Positions 19,951-29,359 of a DNA stretch of 64,000 bases are shown here, one piece after another. This stretch comes from Minisyncoccota bacterium (lineage in GTDB: Bacteria > Patescibacteriota > Minisyncoccia > Phycocordibacterales > PALSA-1337), in contig JAVHOW010000016.1 of assembly GCA_036170235.1 (NCBI GenBank), positions 5,511-69,510 of the forward strand, read 5' to 3'. The notes under the pieces were generated by a model. It made no database searches, was not told the DNA's origin, and saw only the letters and a program-made list of their open reading frames with translations. Numbering within the stretch: position 1 is the stretch's first letter; each line of letters opens with the position of its first letter. The position numbers and the translations under genes are program-made.

Positions 19951-20214
19951 TTATAGTTGTAAAAATGTCCTGTTCCAAAAATCCTATTTTTTCGACGAGA
20001 CGGCGTGTATCAACAACTCGCAGTTGGGACAGGTTGGCTCTTGCTGGACTGCCGTCGATAATGCCGACGGCAAGGCGGAGCGGGTGTTCGCGGACCGACT
20101 AACGAGGTCCACCAAAATGAGCGTAGCGAATATGTTCTAGTTATCACGTAATAATTACTAACCTCTCACGGCTTCAATATGGTCGCTTTATCAGCCCTAA
20201 TCAAGTATACAATT

Positions 20215-20298
20215 ATGGCAGATGCACCAATATGTCCATCATGTTCACACCCAGCTCATTCGGGTAAAAAGTGCGAAACGTGTGAATGTGTCAAGTAA
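20215..20298 (+). CDS. 27-aa Cys/His-rich micropeptide (MADAPICPSCSHPAHSGKKCETCECVK)
   Basis: Manual translation; 5 Cys + 2 His; stop directly before a terminator. Confidence 0.6.
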   Translation: MADAPICPSCSHPAHSGKKCETCECVK

Positions 20299-20299
20299 A

Positions 20300-20342
20300 T
20301 CAAAAAACCACCCTGAGTTTTTATCGAAGGGTGGTTTTTTGA
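20300..20342. terminator. Bidirectional terminator, repeated at 60615-60656
   Basis: AAAAAACCACCCT-GAGTTTTTATCGA-AGGGTGGTTTTTT. Confidence 0.85.
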
Positions 20343-20360
20343 TAGTGAGAGCAACAAATA

Positions 20361-20582
20361 TTACATTGTTGAACCAGCGGACGAAGAAACACTGCAATTT
20401 TTGCAGGTACTCTTGTGGGTGAAGATGAGGTACAGAGCTGAAAGACCTACGAGGATGTATACGATCCTTGCAATAGTTGCACCAAGATACATAACTACAT
20501 CACCAACTCCAATACCGACTAGGAGCCAGTTCAAGCCTCCGATAACTAATAAAATAAACGCGACAGAGTGTAATGCTTTCAT
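20361..20582 (-). CDS. DUF378 membrane protein
   Basis: LLVIGGLNWLLVG ... RIVYILVGLSALY. Confidence 0.88.
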   Translation of the reverse strand: MKALHSVAFILLVIGGLNWLLVGIGVGDVVMYLGATIARIVYILVGLSALYLIFTHKSTCKNCSVSSSAGSTM

Positions 20583-20756
20583 AATAGTACTTTAATATTA
20601 TTAATAATAAACTGTTACCTTGTACACTAGAAGTAATTATAGCAGATAGGGTATATGTTGTTTTGCCTAGTTATACACACCCTCGTTTAGCACTTACAGG
20701 GCTTAATTATTAAAAAATTTGCATCAAGCTCTCTTCTAAGCTACTATACTTCCTCT

Positions 20757-20951
20757 ATGGGAGAAACATTTGGTGGATTATTTGGAACACTGTGGGAAGT
20801 GTGGAAAGAAATGGCTTCCGCTGTTTTTGGCGTTATTCCAACGGTATTACATTTTATATTTTGGGCGCTTGCCGGTATCATTATCTTGCCGTGCGTTTTT
20901 ATTGCGGGTAATTTATATCCAAAATGGATAGAGTGGGGAGAAGATTTCTAA
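20757..20951 (+). CDS. Small hypothetical membrane protein
   Basis: 64 aa with a TM segment; TATACT 6 nt upstream of ATG. Confidence 0.6.
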   Translation: MGETFGGLFGTLWEVWKEMASAVFGVIPTVLHFIFWALAGIIILPCVFIAGNLYPKWIEWGEDF

Positions 20952-21013
20952 TAAACAATTTCTAATTTTTTATAACATTTGCGGGGGTAAGCTTTTCACT
21001 GTAAACTTGTCAT

Positions 21014-22480
21014 ATGTCGCAACTTTCCGATTCCAATAATCCCCCAGCTTTGCACCCGACCATTTTTATTATTTTTGGTATCACTGGCGATCTAGCCTCA
21101 CGCAAACTTATTCCCGCTCTTTTGAGCCTCTATACCAAAAAATTATTACCATCTCGTTTTGCTATTATCGGATTTTCTCGTCGAATATTCAGTAGAGAAG
21201 AATTCCGCGAATTTATCCGTAGCCGCATGAATGTTAGACTTGGTCAATTCAAAGAAGAAGATATCAAGCATTTTCTAGATCACATGTCATACGAGCAAGG
21301 CATGTTCGATGACGCTGGCGCATACACGCGCTTGGCATTGAAAATGAAAAACATCGATGATCGTTGGGGTCAATGTTCCAACAAACTGTTTCATCTTTCT
21401 GTTCCACCAACATTGTACGAAAAGATTCTGGTTAATGTCGCTCATTCAGGACTTGCCTCAGCATGCGATGATGGTCTCGGTTGGACTCGTGTGCTCATCG
21501 AAAAGCCATTTGGCAGTGATAGTGCGACTGCGCATCATCTCGACAAGTTGCTCGGTTCATTATTCAAAGAAGAACAAATATTTCGCATTGATCATTATCT
21601 TGCCAAAGAAGTTTTGCAAAATATCATCGCTTTTCGTTTTTCAAATTCGATGTTTGAGCCATTATGGAATAAGAAATTCATTGACAAAGTCCACATCAAA
21701 CTGTTTGAACGCGCGACCATGGAGGGTCGTGGTGCTTTCTATGATCCGATCGGAGCTCTAAAGGATGTCGGTCAAAATCACATGTTGATGATGTTGGCGA
21801 TTATCGCTATGGAGCCGCCAAAATCATTTACCGCGCGTGATATTCGTAGTGGACGCGCCAAAGTTATATCAAAATTGAAGCAGATGTCTGGACGTTCTAT
21901 ATCCAAACAAGTGGTACGTGGTCAGTACATGGGATACATGCAAGAGTCTGGCATCTCTCCACAATCGCAGACCGAAACATATTTTCGAATCAAGTCGTAC
22001 ATTGGTTCGGCGCGCTGGAAAGGCGTACCTTTTTATCTGGAAAGTGGCAAGGCGCTTGCAGAATCAAAGGCGGAGATAGACGTGTATTTCAAAGAAGCAA
22101 AAATCAAGAAGCAAAAAAATAAATATTTATCCGGTGATTCAGACGGAGGCGAAAGTGTTCCTGATAATCGGCAAAATATTTTAACGTTTCGCATTCAGCC
22201 GGATGAAGGCATTCGCATTCGTTTTTTTGTAAAAGTTCCTGGACATGAATACAAAACCGAATCCAAGCCGTTAAAGTTCAAGTACGCGGACGTGGCAGGT
22301 TTCGAAATGATCCCGAATGATTATGAACGACTTATCAACGATGCTTTTGTTGGTGATCAAACTCTCTTCGCTTCAACAGACGAGATCATGGCTTCATGGA
22401 AATTCATGATGTCTATTCTAGATAATTTGAAAAACATCCCGCTGACCTTGTATGAAAAAGGCGCGGAGTATGTGGAGTAG
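21014..22480 (+). CDS. zwf: Glucose-6-phosphate 1-dehydrogenase
   Basis: G.TGDLA, EKPFG, RIDHYL.KE, DVGQNH, W.GVPFYL..GK. Confidence 0.95.
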   Translation: MSQLSDSNNPPALHPTIFIIFGITGDLASRKLIPALLSLYTKKLLPSRFAIIGFSRRIFSREEFREFIRSRMNVRLGQFKEEDIKHFLDHMSYEQGMFDDAGAYTRLALKMKNIDDRWGQCSNKLFHLSVPPTLYEKILVNVAHSGLASACDDGLGWTRVLIEKPFGSDSATAHHLDKLLGSLFKEEQIFRIDHYLAKEVLQNIIAFRFSNSMFEPLWNKKFIDKVHIKLFERATMEGRGAFYDPIGALKDVGQNHMLMMLAIIAMEPPKSFTARDIRSGRAKVISKLKQMSGRSISKQVVRGQYMGYMQESGISPQSQTETYFRIKSYIGSARWKGVPFYLESGKALAESKAEIDVYFKEAKIKKQKNKYLSGDSDGGESVPDNRQNILTFRIQPDEGIRIRFFVKVPGHEYKTESKPLKFKYADVAGFEMIPNDYERLINDAFVGDQTLFASTDEIMASWKFMMSILDNLKNIPLTLYEKGAEYVE

Positions 22481-22581
22481 GTTTATGACAAGCAAATTCC
22501 TGCGGATTCGTTAGTTTTAATACTTCGCACATCGGTGGTGGAGCTCTTTTTATTTTTCATTTCTTATGTTAAATTATCACT

Positions 22582-23214
22582 ATGATAATCAATTACCTTG
22601 GCGGACAATTCGTGAAAGTTCAATTTGGCGACACTATCCTCGCTTTCAACCCTATTTCCAAGGATTCCAAGCTCAAAGTTTCAAAGTTCGGCGCGGACGT
22701 TGTTTTGACCAGTGTCAATCATCCCGACATGAACGGTTTTGATCAAGTTATGTTTGGCGACAAGAAACCATTCGCCATTTCCGGTCCAGGTGAATATGAA
22801 GTCAAAGGCGTGTTCATCAAAGGCTTTGGATCCGAATCTGGCTATGATGGCGAAAAGAGAATCAATACTATATATACGGTTGCGCTTGAAGGCATGAACA
22901 TTTGTTTTCTTGGTGCGTTGAATACAACCGAATTGCCCAAGGAAGCTGATGAGGCCATAGATGAAGTGGACATTCTTTTTGTGCCAATCAGTGGCGATGG
23001 TGTGCTCGATCCAGCCAAAGCGTACAAGTTGGCAGTTTCTATTGGTCCCAAAATAATTATTCCGGTGAACTATGGTGATGGGGGTGATAAAGACGCTTTG
23101 AAAAAATTCCTGAAGGAAGCAGGGGAGAATCCAAAGCCAGAACCGAAACTTACGCTCAAGAAGAAGGATTTGGAAGGTAAGGAGGCGTATGTTGTGGTGT
23201 TGGAGAGGGAGTAA
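22582..23214 (+). CDS. MBL-fold metallo-hydrolase-like protein (degenerate metal ligands)
   Basis: PGEYEVKGV, NTIY, DILFVP, PKIIIP. Confidence 0.8.
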   Translation: MIINYLGGQFVKVQFGDTILAFNPISKDSKLKVSKFGADVVLTSVNHPDMNGFDQVMFGDKKPFAISGPGEYEVKGVFIKGFGSESGYDGEKRINTIYTVALEGMNICFLGALNTTELPKEADEAIDEVDILFVPISGDGVLDPAKAYKLAVSIGPKIIIPVNYGDGGDKDALKKFLKEAGENPKPEPKLTLKKKDLEGKEAYVVVLERE

Positions 23215-23262
23215 AATTGTACCTTGCGCTTCGATATAGCAGTGCTAGAATTATTACATAAT

Positions 23263-23562
23263 ATGAAACTCCAAACACATCTCGAAAACCTACGCGCAAA
23301 ACCAGAACATATCCGCAAAAGGATAGCTTTTTGGTCATCATTCGGAATTACTGCAATTATCTTTGCATTTTGGCTGGGTTCATTTTCTATTACTGGAAGT
23401 ACGGCAAGTGGTGCCGTGGCTTCTGCGGTCTCAAAAGCTGGTAGTCCTGGAAGCTCGCTGATTGCAGGCGTCGGAAACTTTTTTGTTGATATAAAGGAGA
23501 TGCTTTTTGGTGCGAAGAAGATCAAATATAGTGAGGTTGTGGTGACGCCGGGGAGTAAATAG
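23263..23562 (+). CDS. Hypothetical single-TM protein
   Basis: LE.LR.KPEH.RKRIAF + TM helix. Confidence 0.65.
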   Translation: MKLQTHLENLRAKPEHIRKRIAFWSSFGITAIIFAFWLGSFSITGSTASGAVASAVSKAGSPGSSLIAGVGNFFVDIKEMLFGAKKIKYSEVVVTPGSK

Positions 23563-24121
23563 TCCAAGGTCCGACCTTGGATAGGATGTTATTTTGTGGT
23601 CTCTTTTCACCCAAGTAATCTTTGAAACTTGAGAACTCATAGACCTTCGAATATTCGACTGCTCTATCATAGTGCTCATATCTTACTTCTCTCAACATAT
23701 CTGGTTCTTCAATACCAAAAGGGTTTAAATGTATATATTCAATAATACGAGCTAAATATTGATCGGTATCAATAGTTTTTGCTTTATATTTTCCTTGAAA
23801 TATTGTGCCCGAGTGATTATATTTTTTATTGAAATACATTACATACGCGGTACAGAGTTTTCTAACAAATTGTTCAACTTGCTGATCAGTTTCGACCATA
23901 AGTCCCAAATGAAAATGATTTGGCATAAGACAATACGAGAATATATCCACGAGATTTTGTTGTCGGTCTATAGAAAAAATATCAGATTTATTCAATTTGA
24001 AAACTAGAGGCTTTGAATCATTCGCTATATACAACAAACAGACAAAGCGTTGATAATCGCTCTTATCATTGAATATAGGCGCTTTATGAGCACCGCGATT
24101 GTAGATATGGTAGTAAGGCAT
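23522..24121 (-). mobile_element. REP-associated tyrosine transposase (RAYT, Y1/HUH family)
   Basis: YHIYNRG, YCLMPNHFHL (HUH), YFNKKY..SG.IFQG.Y, YIHLNP, SS..DY; flanked by inverted REPs. Confidence 0.9.
23563..23581 (+). repeat. REP palindrome TCCAAGGTCYGACCTTGGA, copy 1 (3' end of RAYT)
   Basis: 19-bp hairpin; six copies in the window. Confidence 0.9.
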
Positions 24122-24125
24122 TTGT

Positions 24126-24144
24126 TCCAAGGTCAGACCTTGGA
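24126..24144 (-). repeat. REP copy 2 (5' of RAYT)
   Basis: TCCAAGGTCAGACCTTGGA. Confidence 0.9.
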
Positions 24145-24150
24145 CAACAT

Positions 24151-24206
24151 ATTCTATCAAACCGGAATGAAGAAACACTGAAGAAACGATAAAGAAGTAA
24201 TGAAGA
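24151..24206 (-). promoter_or_regulatory. 11-bp-period direct-repeat promoter cassette, copy 1 (upstream of RAYT)
   Basis: 41 bp identical to 28484-28524; minus-strand TGaTAGAAT extended -10. Confidence 0.7.
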
Positions 24207-24268
24207 AATTAAAAAACCGCGGGCGACTGGGTGTCGCGACGCGGATGAAAACGGCCTTCCATGTAATC

Positions 24269-24496
24269 TTAGTTGTAATCGTCGAGCAACTTATCAATTC
24301 TGTGATAGAGATGCCAGCCAGCATTCCTCCATATGTGTATTGTCCAAAGAAGGACTATTGGAAACAAAAGCGCGCTTGCGACCATGATTAAGTGTGGAAA
24401 ATTTTTCGGAGTTGGAAGTATTCCAATCCAAATGACAATGCTCAAGATACTTCCAATTGATGCGAGACTCCAGTAGAAAATCAAAAGAATGAGCAT
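24269..24496 (-). CDS. Hypothetical small membrane protein
   Basis: Two hydrophobic segments; start uncertain. Confidence 0.35.
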   Translation of the reverse strand: MLILLIFYWSLASIGSILSIVIWIGILPTPKNFPHLIMVASALLFPIVLLWTIHIWRNAGWHLYHRIDKLLDDYN

Positions 24497-24699
24497 TAAG
24501 GCATTCTTATGGAATCGTGCGGTGATAGAATCGGTTCTGTTGTCAATGGTTTTTGTTGATCTTAATTAGACGTGCCGGTAGTTTCATAGTTGACCTTTAA
24601 TTTTTTCTTATTTCTACTATGTATATTCTCATCTAATACACACAATGTCAAGCTGACACCACACCTTATTTTTGCTACAATTAAGTGGTAAAATAATTT

Positions 24700-24718
24700 T
24701 CCAAGGTCGGACCTTGGA
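24700..24718 (-). repeat. REP copy 3 (immediately before gyrA ATG)
   Basis: TCCAAGGTCGGACCTTGGA. Confidence 0.9.
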
Positions 24719-24725
24719 GTGATTC

Positions 24726-27200
24726 ATGGCAAAGAAAACCAACCAAATTGAAGCCGAACCAGTAGCACGACCAGCGGGAGCTGGCGTTGTGGCACGCAAT
24801 ATCACCACCGAGATGCGTGAGTCTTTTCTAGACTACGCAATGTCAGTTATTACTGACCGCGCGCTTCCGGATGTTCGTGATGGCTTGAAGCCTGTGCACC
24901 GCCGCATTCTCTATGCTATGCACGAAAAAGGTCTGACATTTTCCTCAAAATTTCGTAAGTCCGCAGTGCCAGTCGCTGACGCGATGGGTAATTATCACCC
25001 GCATGGTGACGTAGCTATTTATGATTCGCTTGTCAAAATGGCGCAAGATTTCACTATGCGATATCCGCTGGTTCAGGGTCAAGGAAACTTTGGAACCATT
25101 GATGGAGATCCAGCCGCCGCTATGCGTTATACCGAAGCCAAGATGTCACGCGTTGCCGCTGAACTTCTCCGTGATATCGACAAGAACACCGTTGATTTTC
25201 GTCCAAACTACGATGGCACTCGCAAAGAGCCGACCGTTCTTCCAACTGCGGTTCCGAATCTTCTTTTGAATGGCACGCTCGGTATTGCCGTTGGTATGGC
25301 GACCAACATCGCTCCGCACAATCTCCGGGAAGTCGTTGATGCGACCATGCATTTGGTTGATAACAAGGATGCGACCATTGACGATATTTTCCAATTTATC
25401 AAAGGTCCAGATTTTCCAACGGGCGCGGTTTTGTATGGTGAAAAAGATATTCATCATGCATACGCAACTGGTCGTGGTGGTATGACTGTGCGTGGTGAAG
25501 CGGAGATTGTTGAAGACAAAAAAGGCCAGTATCAGATCGTCATTAGTTCCATCCCATATCGTGTCAACAAATCAGAGCTCATCATTCGCATGGCAGATCT
25601 CGTTCGTGAAAAAATCGTTGAAGGAGTCCGTGGTTTGCGCGATGAATCAGACAAAGAAATGCGCATTGTTCTTGATTTAAAAAATGGCGCGTATCCAGAA
25701 AAGATTCTCAATTTACTCTACAAACATACCCAGCTCGAAGAAACATTTCACATGAATACAGTGGCGCTCGTTCACGGTGTGCCACAGACGTTGTCGCTCA
25801 AGTCTATTTTGGAAGAATTCGTTGAGCACCGTATTGAAGTCATTCGCCGTCGAACAGCTTTTGATCTCGCCAAAGCCGAGGATCGTGAGCATATTCTGCT
25901 TGGTTTAAAGAAAGCACTAGATCATATTGATGAAATCATTACTTTGATTCGCGCGTCAGCTGATGTTACCGCGGCTCATGCAGGATTGATGAAGAAGTTC
26001 AAGTTCAGTGACAAGCAAACAACGGCTATTTTGGAAATGCGTTTGCAAAAACTCGCTGGCCTAGAGCGCAAGAAAGTTTTGGATGAATTGAAAGAAGTTC
26101 AAGCCTTGATCGAAGAATTAAAAGGCATTCTCGGTAGTGAAAAGAAAGTTCGTGGCATCATCAAAACCGAACTTACTGAAATCAAAAATAAATATGGCGA
26201 CGATCGTCGCACCAAGATTGTGAAACATGGCGTCAAGGAATTCAATCCAGAAGATTTGATTGCTGATGAAGAATCAGTATTGGTTTTGACCAAAGGCGGT
26301 TACATCAAGCGAACCAATCCTGATGAATATCGCAAACAGAAGCGTGGTGGCGTTGGTGTAGTTGATCTAGATACCAAAGAAGAGGATTTTATTTCACATC
26401 TTGTTTTTGCTTCAACACACAATGATTTGCTATTTTTTTCTGACAAAGGCAAAGCGTATCAAATCAAGATGTATGATATTCCCGAAGGCAAGCGTGCTAC
26501 TAAAGGTAAATCCATGATGAATTTCTTGTCTCTGGCAGAAGGCGAGCGCGTAACTTCTATTTTACCAATGCCGAAAAATAAGAAAGAAGCAGAAGATTTG
26601 TCATTGATGATGGTAACCAAAGATGGTACCGGTAAAAAATGTTCGGCAGCTCATTTCAAGGATGTGCGTCGCTCTGGTTTGATCGCAATCACACTCGATG
26701 CTGGTGATGAACTCATTTCTGCTTCGTTTGTTTCAAAAAATGATACGGTGACGATTGCCACCAAAGAAGGTCAGTCAATCCGTTTTGATCAAGATGATGT
26801 TCGCGAAATGGGTCGCAATGCCGCAGGTGTTCGTGTTATCAAACTTGATAAAGGTGATGCCGTCATTTCCGCTGATATTGTTTCCAAAGATGCCAAAAAT
26901 CCAGCTTTGTTCGTCATGGGTGCCAATGGTTATGGAAAAAAGACCGATCTTTCTGAATACAAAGTTCAAAACCGCGGTGGTTCCGGAATTCTGACTATGA
27001 ATATTACGGCGAAAACTGGTCCCTTGATGGCGGCTAAAGTCGTGACTGACGACGAAGAAGAGATTGTGGCTATGTCAAAGAAGTCGCAAGTTATCCGCGT
27101 TGACCTCAAAGAAATTCCGATGCTGAGTCGTGCTACGCAAGGTGTCAGAGTGATGAAGTTACGAGATGGTGATCAGTTGGCGAGTTTGATTTGTTTGTAA
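24726..27200 (+). CDS. gyrA: DNA gyrase subunit A
   Basis: [28 protein letters not shown], GyrA-box QKRGGVG. Confidence 0.97.
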   Translation: MAKKTNQIEAEPVARPAGAGVVARNITTEMRESFLDYAMSVITDRALPDVRDGLKPVHRRILYAMHEKGLTFSSKFRKSAVPVADAMGNYHPHGDVAIYDSLVKMAQDFTMRYPLVQGQGNFGTIDGDPAAAMRYTEAKMSRVAAELLRDIDKNTVDFRPNYDGTRKEPTVLPTAVPNLLLNGTLGIAVGMATNIAPHNLREVVDATMHLVDNKDATIDDIFQFIKGPDFPTGAVLYGEKDIHHAYATGRGGMTVRGEAEIVEDKKGQYQIVISSIPYRVNKSELIIRMADLVREKIVEGVRGLRDESDKEMRIVLDLKNGAYPEKILNLLYKHTQLEETFHMNTVALVHGVPQTLSLKSILEEFVEHRIEVIRRRTAFDLAKAEDREHILLGLKKALDHIDEIITLIRASADVTAAHAGLMKKFKFSDKQTTAILEMRLQKLAGLERKKVLDELKEVQALIEELKGILGSEKKVRGIIKTELTEIKNKYGDDRRTKIVKHGVKEFNPEDLIADEESVLVLTKGGYIKRTNPDEYRKQKRGGVGVVDLDTKEEDFISHLVFASTHNDLLFFSDKGKAYQIKMYDIPEGKRATKGKSMMNFLSLAEGERVTSILPMPKNKKEAEDLSLMMVTKDGTGKKCSAAHFKDVRRSGLIAITLDAGDELISASFVSKNDTVTIATKEGQSIRFDQDDVREMGRNAAGVRVIKLDKGDAVISADIVSKDAKNPALFVMGANGYGKKTDLSEYKVQNRGGSGILTMNITAKTGPLMAAKVVTDDEEEIVAMSKKSQVIRVDLKEIPMLSRATQGVRVMKLRDGDQLASLICL

Positions 27201-27302
27201 ATAAAAAGCCACCATATTTCAGGAGGCTTGCTCAATCGTTTTTGGTAAACAGGAGAAAGAGATCATCGAGAAGATTAAATAATTGGAAGGATTTTTTCCT
27301 AC

Positions 27303-28373
27303 TTATTTTTCTTTCGAACGTGGAATCTTCACCACAAACTTCGCGCCTTTTCCTTCTTCACTCACAACTTCAATAGTTCCACCCAAATCCTGTTTAACAA
27401 TAGTCTTGACTGTCATCATCCCAATACCGCTACCACTTTTCTTGGTGGTGAACCGGTCTATGAAAAGTCGCGTCTGATTTTCCGCAGAAATACCACAGCC
27501 GGTGTCTGATACGGATAATTCAATGATCGACTTCTTTTTTATTATTGAAATTGTTACGACATGCTCTAAAGGCTCCTGTTTTTCAGTCCTAACGCACTCG
27601 CGTTTTTTCGTTGAATCAAGTGCTTGAGTATTATTTTGAATAGAAGTTTGCATAGACGCCTGAATACATGCGTCAATCGCATTCGAAATCAGATTTACTA
27701 ACAACTGATGTAGACGAACAGGATTAACATCCAAATACACTGGTTCTTTTTGATTAACTTTGATTTGCACTCCAGCCATGCGCGCCTTATAACCAATAAT
27801 ATCCAAGACAATATTAATTTCTTTGTCCACATTTGCAAGCATCATTTTTTGATTTTCTGGGTTTAATTCATTATTCGAATCCACTGTTTCATTACCTAAT
27901 GACCTCTGCACGCTTTCCATAAATGAATTCATTCGTCGCGATGACTCAATAACAGTCTGGACCATTTCTTTTTCTTCTATTTTATTTGAATCGTTCATAT
28001 GATAATCAAGTTGTTGGACGTATAGAGACACTGAAGAAAGTGGACTTATTAGATCATGAAAAAGTCCTTGTGATAATTTTCCAAATTCCGCGTTTCTTTC
28101 TAATTCGATCATTCGCTGTTCTTCTGCGTGGACAAATTCGGTAGTGCGCTCCGCGATGTGTCGAGTCAAAGAATTTTTCTTATCTTCCAACATTTTTTCC
28201 GAAGCCATAATTCGAACGCGTGAAATTTTTATCTCGCGATCTGAGAGCCAGACAATCGCGCAGACCAGGGTGAATATTGTGGTATAGATAATACCATCTG
28301 CCACGGTGAACGCGCCTGCGTCCGTGACAGATGGTTCCCCCTCATCCACCTGCGAGAATGTAAAGGGTTTCAT
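27303..28373 (-). CDS. Sensor histidine kinase
   Basis: H-box FHDL.SPL, NLISNAIDA, D.G.GI, FTTK..GSG.G; start uncertain. Confidence 0.88.
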   Translation of the reverse strand: MKPFTFSQVDEGEPSVTDAGAFTVADGIIYTTIFTLVCAIVWLSDREIKISRVRIMASEKMLEDKKNSLTRHIAERTTEFVHAEEQRMIELERNAEFGKLSQGLFHDLISPLSSVSLYVQQLDYHMNDSNKIEEKEMVQTVIESSRRMNSFMESVQRSLGNETVDSNNELNPENQKMMLANVDKEINIVLDIIGYKARMAGVQIKVNQKEPVYLDVNPVRLHQLLVNLISNAIDACIQASMQTSIQNNTQALDSTKKRECVRTEKQEPLEHVVTISIIKKKSIIELSVSDTGCGISAENQTRLFIDRFTTKKSGSGIGMMTVKTIVKQDLGGTIEVVSEEGKGAKFVVKIPRSKEK

Positions 28374-28468
28374 AGTATTATCTGTTCACAAAAATGGAAG
28401 AATTGTGCTTCATGACATGTCACCATACTGATATTAATAAATGGATATGTCGACACATAACCTTATAT

Positions 28469-28524
28469 ACCGTATCAAATCGAAATGAAGAAACACTGAA
28501 GAAACGATAAAGAAGTAATGAAGA
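28469..28524 (-). promoter_or_regulatory. 11-bp-period direct-repeat cassette, copy 2 (between regulator and kinase)
   Basis: AATGAAGAAACACTGAAGAAACGATAAAGAAGTAATGAAGA at 28484-28524. Confidence 0.7.
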
Positions 28525-28539
28525 TTTTTTCCTATGGCT

Positions 28540-29211
28540 CTATTCAGCGCTCATAATGTACCCTCGACCAGGGACATTTTGGATATAATCAGGTTTATTT
28601 GAGGCATTGAGCTTCCTTCGGATATTGCGAAGATGCGTTTCTACAGTATTTGAGAGTATGTCTGCATCCGCGGTCCATACGTGTTCCAGAATAAGGATGC
28701 GTGATACCAAAGTTCCTTGGTGTTGAATTAGATATTCGAGCACGGCGAATTCTTTGCGAGTTAGAGATATATTGCGACCTTCGCGAGTGACAATGTGGGT
28801 ATCTTGATTGAGTATGATATCACCGACTACTAGGATTGGCTTCTTGGTTATATTTGGACGGCGATGAATAGCGCGCAAACGAGCCTGTAATTCCTCAAAT
28901 GAAAATGGCTTGACGAGATAATCGTCAGCGCCATGATCGAGTGCGGCTATTTTTGTTTCGACGGTATCAGTGACTGAAAGAAAAATAATCGGCGTGGTTT
29001 TTCCTGCCATCCGAATTTCTTTGCAAATCGTTAAGCCATCTTTTTTCGGTAGGGAATAATCTAGTAGGATCGCGTCATAGTCATAACTTTTTCCCATGAA
29101 TGATCCATCACCACCAGTGGATGCAATATCTACGGAGTAAGCTTTAGCTTTGAGGCTGTTCTCAAGCATATCTGCTAAACTCTTGTCATCTTCAACGATG
29201 AGGATTTTCAT
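28540..29211 (-). CDS. OmpR/PhoB-family response regulator
   Basis: ILIVEDD, GADDYL.KPF, LT.KEF..L, VETH..N.R.KL, V.G.GY. Confidence 0.95.
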   Translation of the reverse strand: MKILIVEDDKSLADMLENSLKAKAYSVDIASTGGDGSFMGKSYDYDAILLDYSLPKKDGLTICKEIRMAGKTTPIIFLSVTDTVETKIAALDHGADDYLVKPFSFEELQARLRAIHRRPNITKKPILVVGDIILNQDTHIVTREGRNISLTRKEFAVLEYLIQHQGTLVSRILILEHVWTADADILSNTVETHLRNIRRKLNASNKPDYIQNVPGRGYIMSAE

Positions 29212-29312
29212 GAGCGTATGTTATTATTTAGTACGCTAAATATAACATAGTTGTGTAAGATGTCGAGGTTGTCTTACGTCATATATAGGTATAAGCTGTT
29301 GACATCTATTTG

Positions 29313-29331
29313 TCCAAGGTCCGACCTTGGA
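29313..29331 (+). repeat. REP copy 4
   Basis: TCCAAGGTCCGACCTTGGA. Confidence 0.9.
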
Positions 29332-29359
29332 TATGAATTAACTTCTAATTACTATTATC

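Noticed and set aside
19910-20140. 76-aa ORF
   Set aside because: Runs through a terminator-like hairpin and palindromic mosaic; no motif
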